32,000 nt of DNA from Wallemia ichthyophaga EXF-994 (taxonomy: Eukaryota > Fungi > Basidiomycota), in the NCBI RefSeq assembly GCF_000400465.1, contig NW_008806274.1, positions 660,244 through 692,243 on the forward strand, given 5' to 3'. Shown here piece after piece: positions 20,610-30,346 of this stretch. Numbering within the stretch: the first letter of the stretch is position 1; every line of letters begins with the position of its first letter. Below the pieces are notes generated by a model. The model was not told the DNA's origin. It did not search any database and worked only from the letters and a program-made list of their open reading frames with translations. The position numbers were made by a program, and so were the translations under genes.

Positions 20610-22968
20610 TCACCTTCTCGCCGCGATTTTCTTGCTCATGACATAAATCTCATAAAGATATCTCCTATCGTCGACGATGCCACCGCGAGGCACCCAGCCG
20701 TGAACGGCGTATTTATGAGTCTCCTCTGAGTGATCCGACTCCTCTATAAGTTGTGGGGGTATAATAGCCTTTATGTTTTTACGTTGGGTGTCAAAGGAGG
20801 GAGTGTGTGGGGTGTGTGGGGTGTTAGGAGTCGGAGTGGTGGAGGCAGTTGAACAAGTTGTAGGAGCAGCTTGTCCATTTGCAGCATCCACTTCACCCTC
20901 ACGATGCAAAACCGTCATAGCAGTCTGATCGCGCACCTGCTGCGATCCGCGCGAGCTGCTAGACGAGCTGCTGAGATTGGCGAAGACATCCTCGTCGTCA
21001 TGCGCATTAGTGAGCCAGCACATACGCACCGGATCAAACACCATATCGCCGACGACTTTGGTCGGTTGGTTGAGATAGCTGGTGGAGTGGGGTTTTGAAT
21101 GTGAGGTGTTGAGGGGGGTGTCGCTAGTAGTGCTTTTACCATCAATGGAGTGCGCATTATCGTGTACGTTGTTTGTATTGCTGGTATTATTGGTATTGCT
21201 CCTACTTCTATTTGCACCAAAGTGAGTTATTAGCGCTGGACGCACACTTACTCCCTCGCTACCACCCTTACTCCCACCGCCACTCTCCCTTTCCTTTGCC
21301 CTCTCTAGCTCCCTGAGGGCAGGCTCGTAGTGGTTGCCATCCCACTTGCGCGTCAGCGGATCATACTTCATGTCGCCTACTATGCGCACCTCTTCCTTGC
21401 CCAGCTGCTTGATCAGCGTCGGTCGATGGCTTTTGCGGAGGGTTTTCCTGGTGCGTGGTGCGTGTGCGTGTGTATTTGTGTTGTTACGGCTTTTGCTGTT
21501 ACTGTTTGGCGAAAGGGAGCGCTGTTGCTGTTGATGTTGCTGCATCTGCACCTGTATGTGCGCATAGGACGGCGATAGCACACGCTCACGCCGCTTGGCT
21601 TCTGACGATAGTGTTGGGGCCGTGGCTGTGGAGTGGGAGTGGAGGTTGGGTATAGTTGTGGGTGAGTTGGAGCGTGAGTGTGAGTGCGAGTCAATTGCTT
21701 GAGTGTGTGTGTGCCGCTGCAACAGTGATATAGTTGGTGGTGGTTGAGGTTGAGGTTTTGTGGTTCTATGGGCATGTGCATCTGTCTGCGTCTGTGTACT
21801 CGTAATCGACTCGCGTGTATCTCGTGTATCTGCAAAAGTGTTGAACACTGCAGCGAGTTAGTAAGACAAAACAAGCCAGCATCACACACCACAACTCACA
21901 CGATGGGCGTTGTCTCACTGTCGCAGGTCTGTGCATCTGCACCTGCATCCGCTGTCCTCTGATCGAACTAGTTGAGCTGGGTGAGGAGGATCGTGTAAGC
22001 GTGTTGGGAGGCTGCGCTTTGATGGTGCTGTATTCATCCCCACTGCCATTTACACGCTCACGCTCCTGTTCGTTCTCCAAATCGGCAAAAAGCTCCAGCT
22101 CACTGCCGTCGCCCCAGATTGAATTCGAGTGGGAGTTGGAGTTGGATTGCGAGTGCGCATTAGAGTTGAGCTTGAGGTTCTTCAAATTCTTGGGTCGTGT
22201 GAGGAGCTTTGCGGTGGATGGCATAGCAACGCGGGCAGCAGGGATAGAAAAGCTGGGTGCGCGTGTCTTGGGTGCGCGTGTCTTGGGTGGCTTAGATTTG
22301 GCGAGTGAAGAAGCAGTAGGCGCAGTCAGTCTGGATTGAGAGAGGTTGTAGGTAGATTTAGCGTTGCGGAGAGTTGGTTGGGTGTTTTTTGACGGAGACT
22401 GTGGAGGCTCGCATGGAATCGAAGAGAGAGAACCTCTTCTGTGTACAGAGCGGATTGGTGGTGCAGGGGTAAACTTTGCAGGTGCAGAAGAGCGCGGTTT
22501 CTTGGCAGAAGCTCGTTTGAGCAGGGAATTCTGAATTCTACTCGGTGATAGCTTTATGTCTTGAGATAAATCCAAATCCTCGGAAGCATCCAAATCGTCA
22601 GGTTTGTTTAGATTTTGGAGGAGTCTTGAGTGGAGGTTTATGTTCTGAGGAAGGTGGATGTCTTGGAAGAAATCGTCGTCGTCGTCGTCCACAACGTGTG
22701 CACCACGGCCATCGTCATCGATTGAAGTCGTCGGTGAGCTGTAACAGTGGTTGAAAGAGGAAGAGGAAGAAGAGTGGAGAGAGGACTCGATGCTGTTACG
22801 CGGCTTTAGGCTTAATTTTCTATCAAGGGTGAGGATATCGTGGTGATCGAGGTCATCGAGCTGATTGAGGTCATCGTGGGGATCATCATCATCATCGTCG
22901 TCGTCATCGCCGTCTAAAATATCTCGATTACTGAAAATGAAATCATCCTCCCAATCCTCTTGATCCAT
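20610..22968 (-). CDS. byr4: Byr4/Bfa1-type GAP scaffold of the septation-initiation/mitotic-exit network
   Basis: Exons 21900-22968 and 20610-21847. N-terminal EDWEDDF; WGDGSELELFADL; paired repeats IVGDMKYDPLTRKWDGN and VVGDMVFDPVRMCW..DEDVFANL; RPALITH. The rest is low-complexity. Confidence 0.75.
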
Positions 22969-23037
22969 TGCTCACTTCACTCAGTTATCTTTATGAAGAA
23001 CCAGCCACGCAATGGAGATGGAATAAAAAATCGAAAA

Positions 23038-23619
23038 ATGATTTCAAAAATTAATTTTATTCTCTTGATATTTATATTAAGGCTAGATTGTTACACCAGA
23101 TTCAACGCGTTTTTAAACATTATTATCGGTTTGGTGGAGTGGCTAGGTGATAACAACAGAACACCGCTACCAAACACTCTACTGCTTTTTATTATATCTC
23201 CCTTGCTGAACAAGCTCACAACATCTTACATAACTCTTTTGCACGCGCTCCTTTGGCTTTTTCACGCGAATTATATCTTACTGGCCATGACTTGTACTCT
23301 TCACTACAACCACTCATCATATCTAAACACATTTGCTCAACTGTCTTCAAAGCTGTTCTTATTCAAGTTACTTCGCAAATTTGATCACACTCTACACTAC
23401 CCTTGGGTTTCCTTATTATCATTGTCAACCACATTCACTTCCATTCACCACTGCTGCCCTCAATACACTCTACACTTTTTGGCCATTAACTCTTTCTTCT
23501 TCCTGCTCCTCCATCACATTCAAATCTACTACCAACAATTCAAACTCAACCTCACTGGTTCTTGGGATTTAAAGCCTCCAAAAATTTCTTCCAGCCTGTC
23601 GACACATTCACCCTCCTGA
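23038..23619 (+). CDS. Putative membrane protein, no recognised family
   Basis: ATG in aaaaATG context at 23038, about 193 open codons in AT-rich DNA, several hydrophobic stretches, C-terminal LNLTGSWDLKPP. The opposite strand has many stops. Start and exon structure are uncertain. Confidence 0.45.
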   Translation: MISKINFILLIFILRLDCYTRFNAFLNIIIGLVEWLGDNNRTPLPNTLLLFIISPLLNKLTTSYITLLHALLWLFHANYILLAMTCTLHYNHSSYLNTFAQLSSKLFLFKLLRKFDHTLHYPWVSLLSLSTTFTSIHHCCPQYTLHFLAINSFFFLLLHHIQIYYQQFKLNLTGSWDLKPPKISSSLSTHSPS

Positions 23620-23721
23620 TCTTGACCAATTGACTTGTAATTATGCTTTTGAAAGGAATGTTGTTAAATTTTAGTGGAACATTTTGATTGATATTGTTAT
23701 AATTATCAAGCCACATCATAA

Positions 23722-23824
23722 GCTTCGGTAGTATAACGGTTAGTACATGGGTCTCATAGTTCAGTCTATGAGCCGGTCAAGCCGGCGAAATCCCGAAATG
23801 GTGGTTCGATTCCGCCCCGAAGCA
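23722..23824 (+). tRNA. tRNA-Met(CAT), elongator type, with 31-nt intron (23759-23789)
   Basis: Acceptor GCTTCGG/CCGAAGC+A; D stem GTAT/GTAC; anticodon arm TGGGT-CTCATA^A-TCCCG with U31-U39; T arm GGTGG-TTCGATT-CCGCC; Pol III terminator TTTTT directly downstream. G1-C72 and TTCG indicate elongator, not initiator. Confidence 0.92.
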
Positions 23825-24111
23825 TTTTTGACATTTGCAGATGGTACTTTTTACTTATGGTTTTTTATGAAGTATACCGTCTGGGATAATATTATTTGGA
23901 GTAGGCTTTTTGTTGCTGTCTTATCCGTTTCTGGAGGTAGGGGTATGTGGCGATATAACGTTACAAGTCGTGCGATGAGAGGAGCTAGAGCTAACTGTTG
24001 AAATAGATATACAAGCGTGTCATTTGAAATACACTCATACATGTATATGAATAAATATTCTCGTGACGAAACAAGTAATCCTCGCGAATCTCAGCTTGGA
24101 TTTGAACAGTG

Positions 24112-26102
24112 ATGGCACAGCGAAAGTTATTGACAGAAGTAGACCGGACATTGAAGAAGGTATCAGAGGGAGTTGAGTTGTTTGAGAGCATGTATGATAA
24201 GCTCCAGGTTTGTTTGAATCACTTGAAATTACAAGCATATTGACCAACTTACAAGACGTCAAACAATCAAACCCAGAAGGAGAAGCTAGAAGTTGATTTG
24301 AAGACTCAGATGTGTGTTATCAGCTTATTGAGCTAGTGACCGACTCACATACTCAACTCATAGCAAAAAGCTTCAGCGAATGCGTGATTCTATTAAGACT
24401 TGGATAAGCTCGAGCGATATCAAGGACAAATCTGAATTGATGTCTTCGAGGAAATTGATAGAGACGGTGCGTTGGTGTGCTCAACAGAGAAATCCCTCTA
24501 ATCAAACCGATTCCAGCAAATGGAACGCTTTAAAGCATGCGAGAAGGAAATTAAAACTAAGGCTTTTTCTAAAGAAGGTCTAATAGCTGCTACAAGGCTA
24601 GATCCTAAAGATCAAGTTAAGCATGAGTGTTCCAATTGGTTGGGTCAATTTGTCGATGAGCTCAGTCGGCAGATTGAAACAACTGAAGCAGAAATTGAAC
24701 ATATATCTGGTGCGACATCAAAAAGAAGTAAAAAGTCAAGTGGTACGCAAGAACGTGTCTCAGAATTAGAGAACTTGAATGAACGTCGAAATTGGCATAT
24801 TTCTAGACTTGAATTAACACTTCGATTACTCGAAAATGATCAACTCAGTGTTGATCAGATAAACAACATTAAAGACGACATTCAATACTTTGTTGAATCA
24901 AACGCAGAGGAGGAGTTCGAGGAGGATGAAGGTATCTACGATGAGCTTAACCTCGATGAAGAGGAACAAATGTATGGTATGGGTGCAGCTAACAGTCAAG
25001 GAATCGACGAGCAAGCATCCTCTCATGATTCCATTTCAATCACAGACGAGCCTGTACAGCCACCATCCAAGCCATCAAAGAAGTCTTCCATCGATGAAGA
25101 TATCGCTACACCCAAGAAGATCAAAAAGTCATCCTTTACTTCCCCAGACAGCAGTAATAGTGGTGCTATTCCAGCACCTAATTTCAACCAGGAACCTGTT
25201 GCTAGGACGACACAGTCGCCTGCTTCTCTCCAAGCTAAGCCTGCCCCAGCTCCACCGACGATCAAATATGCAACAGCCGCTGCAAATGCAGTCGCCAATA
25301 CAGCAGTACCAACGACAAGTGAAGGTGAAGAGCAAATCAAGGAATCTTTACAGGGAGAAGATGGAGTTGGAGCTGGAGTCGGAGTCATTGAGGGTGATGA
25401 ATTGGACACACCACAACAGGATACACAAGTACCACATTCTCCACCTCAACTGCAGAGTACAACATTTGAAGAGCCAACAACGCAAATACAATCGCACCCT
25501 CAATCACACACCCAACCACAGACATCACAATCAGCAGCATCTTCAAATGGATTACCGTATGTCTTGTCAGATTTAGCAACTTCATTCGAAACTGCTAAAC
25601 AGAAGTCGACAAGTAATACCGCTGACAGACTTCACCAAGCGCTTGAATCGAGTGTGGATGGAATACCAGATGCGGCCGATGCCGAACGTCCACGTTACTA
25701 CGTACCAAAGAATCTGTGGACGTCGCCATCGTATTACCCACAAGTTCCAAAGAAGGATCTTGAGCACCCAAGTCTGTTTTCAAGGCTGGAGACTGATACA
25801 CTTTTCTACATATTCTACTACATGCAAGGCACATATCAGCAGTAAGTTGGACGTTGTGTAGTGTTTAGTTGTCAGCTAATACTCTCTTCAGATACCTGGC
25901 TGCTCGTGAACTCAAGAAACAGAGTTGGAGATTCCATAAGCAATATTTGACGTGGTTCCAACGACACTCAGAGCCCAGTCAAATAACCGATGACTATGAG
26001 CAAGGTGCTTACATATACTTTGACTGGGAGGGTACTTGGTGCGAGCGCAAGAAGAATGACTTTAAGTTTGACTATGTTTACTTGGAGGATACTCTTCAAT
26101 GA
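24112..26102 (+). CDS. NOT3: CCR4-NOT complex subunit Not3/Not5
   Basis: Exons 24112-24207, 24256-24311, 24364-24466, 24517-25841, 25892-26102. N-terminal [24 protein letters not shown]...[10 protein letters not shown]; C-terminal NOT box [37 protein letters not shown]. Confidence 0.96.
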
Positions 26103-26207
26103 GCTAGTTAATATTGTTATCATAATCATTTCACTACTACACAAGCAAATGTTTATACTTTATTTTCTCATTTCTTGTCTTGTGTCTTGTTTCTGGTGAA
26201 GCCATCG

Positions 26208-26625
26208 ATGATAACGAGGATAAACAGCAGGAAAAGTAGCGGAAGGATTGCACTGGGCAACATACACCGACTGAGCCAGATGATTCAGACCAGTAGTTTT
26301 AATAGAAGCTACTCGAGTGATGCTAGCAACAGGCATAAGGCAGTGTATCGAGAAATATACCCAGCGATGCTGCGCATAGGCGTCGTAGCGATGATAGTGT
26401 ATTATGTGAGGTACTTGTGGAGTGTAAGATGCATTCTAACATGCGTAGGGATTGCAATTAACTTGGTCGCATCTCTACAAGCAGCGCCTAGAATCGGAGC
26501 TACAGGAGCGGGTCAACGAGCTCAACGGCAAGGTGGATGATAAGCTGAATGCGATGAGCCAGCCCTCGCAGCCTTCCGGCGTCGCGATTGCATCGAAATC
26601 ATGGCTCAAATCGTGGATTGGATAA
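26208..26625 (+). CDS. Small single-TM mitochondrial inner-membrane protein, Ina17-like
   Basis: Exons 26208-26405 (alternative ATG 26280), 26449-26625. Presequence-like start, HKAVYREIYPAMLRIGVVAMIVYYGLQLTWSHL (TM), then coiled coil KQRLESELQERVNELNGKVDKL. Gene is solid; Ina17 assignment is by architecture only. Confidence 0.55.
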
Positions 26626-26655
26626 TTTTGTACAAAACTGTTATAATACACTCAT

Positions 26656-27008
26656 TCAACTAGATCCATACCTCCGCTTCATCTCTCTGTACTTGGCTAG
26701 CGATATCAGCGACAGCGTTTCCTTCTTGATGTACTCCAGGAATTTCAATTTGTCCGATATCTGCTGTGGGTCTGTAAGGTGTCTGTTTTCTAAATATTAG
26801 GGTAGTGTAAGCTAAATTACGAACGCGTGACATCAACTAACTCTCAAACATCCCTCTCAATTTGTGATGGAATTCATACCTCGGATTCGGATCTATTCGC
26901 TGTCAGTGGCCATATGGGCAAAACACACGCACACTCACAGTCTCTACCAATCCTATGCAGCTCTTTGTACAGCCTGATTGCAGCATGCCGCTGATTCTGA
27001 TTCGTCAT
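26656..27008 (-). CDS. LYR-motif protein, LYRM5/ETFRF1-like, 84 aa (not in ORF track)
   Basis: Exons 26939-27008, 26842-26892, 26656-26789 (255 nt in total). MTNQNQRHAAIRLYKELHRIGRDYPNPRYEFHHKLRGMFEKNRHLTDPQQISDKLKFLEYIKKETLSLISLAKYREMKRRYGSS, matching LYRM5 hallmarks LYK..GRDYP...KN..DP..E...KE...L.KYR.MK.RY. Confidence 0.88.
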
Positions 27009-27113
27009 GGCGGATGAGTGATAAAGATGTTCAAATGAGGTCACAACACAAGGAGAATGGAAATTATCATAAATAGGCTGATAAGAAGGGGTATAGCTAC
27101 ACGCACATCCACA

Positions 27114-28263
27114 TCACATTGAAGGTGGCTTGGCTAGACTATTGTAGTGTTTGTCCCACAACTTCAATGAACTGAGCAGACCAGCTGTGAGTCCGACAAT
27201 TGCTTGTGTGCCCTCCTTGCCTTTCTTAAATCCGAATACATCGTAGGCTAGTCGGTGAGTGAGTCACTGCCCTCTAAATAAGAATCCAAACCCACAAACG
27301 AAAACAAAGTCACACATCAACTTGAATGCAGACAGTCTCGCCCACGACTGACCCGTTTGAACCTTACGAATATCGGCATCAGTGCGCAAAAATGCGCCTA
27401 GAGTATCGTCACTGATTGCATATTCCGGCTTGAGGGTGTCACCGTGAGTGAGATCATCAAGACATTGCTGCAAATATTCCTGCCTTGATTGCAGCTTTTT
27501 AAGCTGAGCTCTATTGTGAGATTCACTGATAGCACTGACGTTGAGCTGGAGGAACGTATCAGTCCACCACAACATAGCACCGTATTTCTCAGCAACGGCG
27601 CCCATCTTGGTACCGACTAGACCCAGACGCGATGCGCAGTACAAGTCGTCAGAGATTGAGTTGGGGATTTGTATCACTGCTGAAAACAACGTGAGTCGAC
27701 GTCTAACGCCTTCAAGCAAATTTGGTGATGGCTGCTTGGGTTCTCTGAGCATCGTGTAGAGATCTGGGATGGCTCTCCTCCATGCGAAGAGAATAAGACA
27801 CTTTCTAAGCGGCATGTAATAAGCTCGTGTGCAGCGTTCACGCACAACCCCACCCACCTCGTCGTTGATAGCCCCGATGCACAGTTCTTGAGGTACGGCA
27901 ACCATTCTTTTGCCTGGCTGCTTATGTATGGATTGCTTTTACTACGCCATAAGTACAGTTTGATGGAGTACTGAATGATTTTCTGCGTTCTCGTCAAAAC
28001 CCATCGCCATAACCTAAACACCAGCGCACAAAGATCTTATCTCTACCGGAATCTGTTGCTAAGAGTCTATCGATGACTAGAAACCGAGATAAGAACGCGA
28101 TAACTCCTTCTCAAGCAGGCAACCCACTCTGACTCGTAGACACGCGCATACGCTTCGGCATAGCGGCCTGTAACAGTTTACCTGAATTGGAGAGAGGGAT
28201 GCCGTGTCTCTGTGCCTGCTCGATCCACGGATTGGCTGGTAAGTAGCTAGGTGTGCGCACCAT
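27114..28263 (-). CDS. Pex11-family peroxisomal membrane protein
   Basis: Start ATG at 28263 or 28161; exons ending 28152, then 28030-28076, 27858-27982, 27296-27804, 27114-27247. Motifs TDSGRDKIFKIIQYSIK, LSTTRKCL, KLMCDFVFVSYD, IVGLTAGLLSSLKLW. Confidence 0.82.
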
Positions 28264-28289
28264 GGTGGTTTTCTCAAGAAGAAACTCCC

Positions 28290-28951
28290 ATGGTGAGTAG
28301 CGCGGATTGGGCTATTCACGATATACACGACGTCTAATTGTGTTGTTATCCTCTCGCAGGCAAACGCGTCGCAAAAGAAGATTACAGCCGGTAACCAGAA
28401 ATCCATTCGCATCCTTCAATTGGCAAACGCTGCTTTTATCCTCCTGCATGTGATAAGCAATCATTTCTTAGGAAGGAGGCATTTCTCGTTCACTGCGCTT
28501 GCGCTCACATTACCTGGCCTCGTCTGCTCACTCGTTCTTGCTAGATGGGGCAAACCGGTTTTTTCTGAGAATGGACAGGTGGTGTCTTCCGGAGAAGACC
28601 TGAGTGGTGAGGGTGGATTGATAGAGCATATGTGGGATATCGTGTACGTTACCTGGATGTGTCTCACTATGACGGGATTTTTCGGCGGGATTATGTGGTG
28701 GATGTTCATCATTGTGGGTATATGGGCACAATCACTGCAACGCTGACACTCTACAGGTGCCAGGCTTTGCAATCTTCAAGGCTGCCAGCTTTGCAATGCC
28801 ATTTCTCATGCCAGCAGCTGGTAGAATGCGCGACGCCATATCCTCCCAACCAAACACCGCTGAGCCGGGCGAAAGCAAAAGACAGCAAAAGCTGAAACAG
28901 CGGCAACAGAAAGGACAGCCAGGAAAGAGACATCAGCAGCAACAACGTTGA
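28290..28951 (+). CDS. SND2: SRP-independent targeting protein Snd2/TMEM208 (DUF788)
   Basis: Exon 1 is ATG only (28290-28292), then 28360-28713, 28757-28951. MANASQKKITAGNQKS..; GEDLSGEGGLIEHMWDIVYVTW; basic tail SKRQQKLKQR. Confidence 0.88.
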
Positions 28952-29018
28952 GAGAGTGAATGGGAGGTGCAAGTGATGCATGTAACTTAAAAATCAACAA
29001 ATCAACCTATATCTATAT

Positions 29019-29643
29019 CTACTTATTGCGTGATTGAATACCACTAGCCATCTTCTGTAAAGCCTTAGGCTGATCTCTGACCCAGTATATCTTAGATCTG
29101 TGCATCTTGCCCCTCTTCAACACCTGGATATCCTTAATCAAACCACTGCCGAGGCTGAATATCTGCTCAACGCCCAATCGCATGATAACATTCCTCAATC
29201 TAATAGATATATCGTTGTTGCGTCTCCTTACGCCAATCAGAACTCCTGCAAATGTCGCAGTGTGAGTTTTCTCTGGGTTGGTGTAGTAAGTGACGGAAAT
29301 GACAGAGCTTGGAGGAATTCTAGATTTGATAGGACCTCTGCGACTGAATAACGGGTAGAACTTCCTCGATTCTGAGCTGAATTTGAGCTGGTGGTTTAGT
29401 CTTCCAAGTAAATTGAGAGGAGCTTCTTTCGGAGGAATTGAGGAGGGTTCTACGTGTGGTACAATGACTTGCTTAGAGAATGGATAAGCTTTTGAGTCTT
29501 TTGCAGGCGTTAGACGGGGGTAATGATGGCTTTGAATCCAACTAACCTGCTAATGGCTGATATGAGGCGAATCTAACGCCGTTTCTAGCTGTAGATACTC
29601 TGCAGGACCTCGAAAATGCTTTCGATAGTAAATTCAACGACAT
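29019..29643 (-). CDS. IMG1: Mitochondrial ribosomal protein bL19m (not in ORF track)
   Basis: Exons 29547-29643 and 29019-29497. Presequence MSLNLLSKAFSRSCRVSTARNGVRFAS; L19 core SVISVTYY..TFAGVLIGVRRRNNDISIRLRNVIMRLGVEQIFSLGSGLIKDIQVL..HRSKIYWVRD. Confidence 0.88.
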
Positions 29644-29708
29644 TTCTTTTTTTCAGTGATGGCTGTGTGCAGGAAGGGGCTGTCTTCCTCACAGCGACGA
29701 CGACGACG

Positions 29709-30164
29709 ATGAGAGCGTGTATAGTAAAACTTCAGAGGATTTCGAATACAACATCTGTAGCTCCACTGAGCAAGGATATCAAGCGGAATTTGATCACACT
29801 GTTCAACCAATCAGGCAACTTCTTGAGTAGCTCAGAAATACCAGAAGCCATAAACGCAACGCTCACTCGGAGCAACCCGGATTTTCCACAGCATCTCACC
29901 AAGGTTAGTTTCGAAAAAGAGGGCAACACCTCAAACAGCAAGCCACTGGCCAAATCTGTGAGCTCGTACGTGACAGAGGATATTCCAAGAGGTCAGATTA
30001 GAGATGAATTCGATGCTGCTGTGCAATGGCCGATGCCAGGCATCGAAAATCTCAGCGAAAGAGAGAAGATAGTGAGAGATGCACTCTACGGGACAGACAG
30101 CAGCAACGCGCCAGGACTGGAGATTGTCGAGGAGGCTGAGAGGCAGCTGGAGGAGGAGAAATAG
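29709..30164 (+). CDS. Hypothetical protein, possibly mitochondrial
   Basis: ATG at 29709 (the track's ATG at 29616 lies inside IMG1 exon 1). Basic N-terminus MRACIVKLQRIS; motif-like C-terminus REKIVRDALYGT...PGLEIVEE. Confidence 0.65.
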   Translation: MRACIVKLQRISNTTSVAPLSKDIKRNLITLFNQSGNFLSSSEIPEAINATLTRSNPDFPQHLTKVSFEKEGNTSNSKPLAKSVSSYVTEDIPRGQIRDEFDAAVQWPMPGIENLSEREKIVRDALYGTDSSNAPGLEIVEEAERQLEEEK

Positions 30165-30346
30165 ATATATTTGTGTACTTGTATTTTACAATTCTTAATT
30201 CCTCGTTTAGCACTTGACTACGATGATTGCTGGTATTTCGAAGCAGTCAATTCTGACTTGTACGACGCGTTCTTATACACGTACCTGCCCTCTAACTTTC
30301 TTATCAAGTCGCTGTCCTCGTTCTTCCCGCACTCGCGCCCAAGCTG

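Noticed and set aside
20871-22754. Overlapping ORFs, (CA)n/(GAT)n runs and a 15-bp tandem repeat (about 22254-22289) in byr4
   Set aside because: Explained by the low-complexity coding sequence (poly-D, HT/QP runs, PKTRA x2); not a mobile element or repeat array.
24890-25861. 228-aa alternative-frame ORF and antisense ORFs inside NOT3
   Set aside because: Overlap the low-complexity linker of NOT3, where stop-poor alternative frames are expected; no independent start or motif evidence.
29616-29708. ORF-track N-terminal extension of the 29616-30164 ORF
   Set aside because: Overlaps IMG1 exon 1 on the opposite strand; the ATG at 29709 is more plausible.
30230-30284. Intron-like minus-strand segment (GTACGT...TTGAC...CAG, 55 bp) in the gap before the 30347 gene
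   Set aside because: No reading frame with an ATG runs across it; could be an antisense spliced RNA, but nothing in the sequence supports that beyond a chance match.
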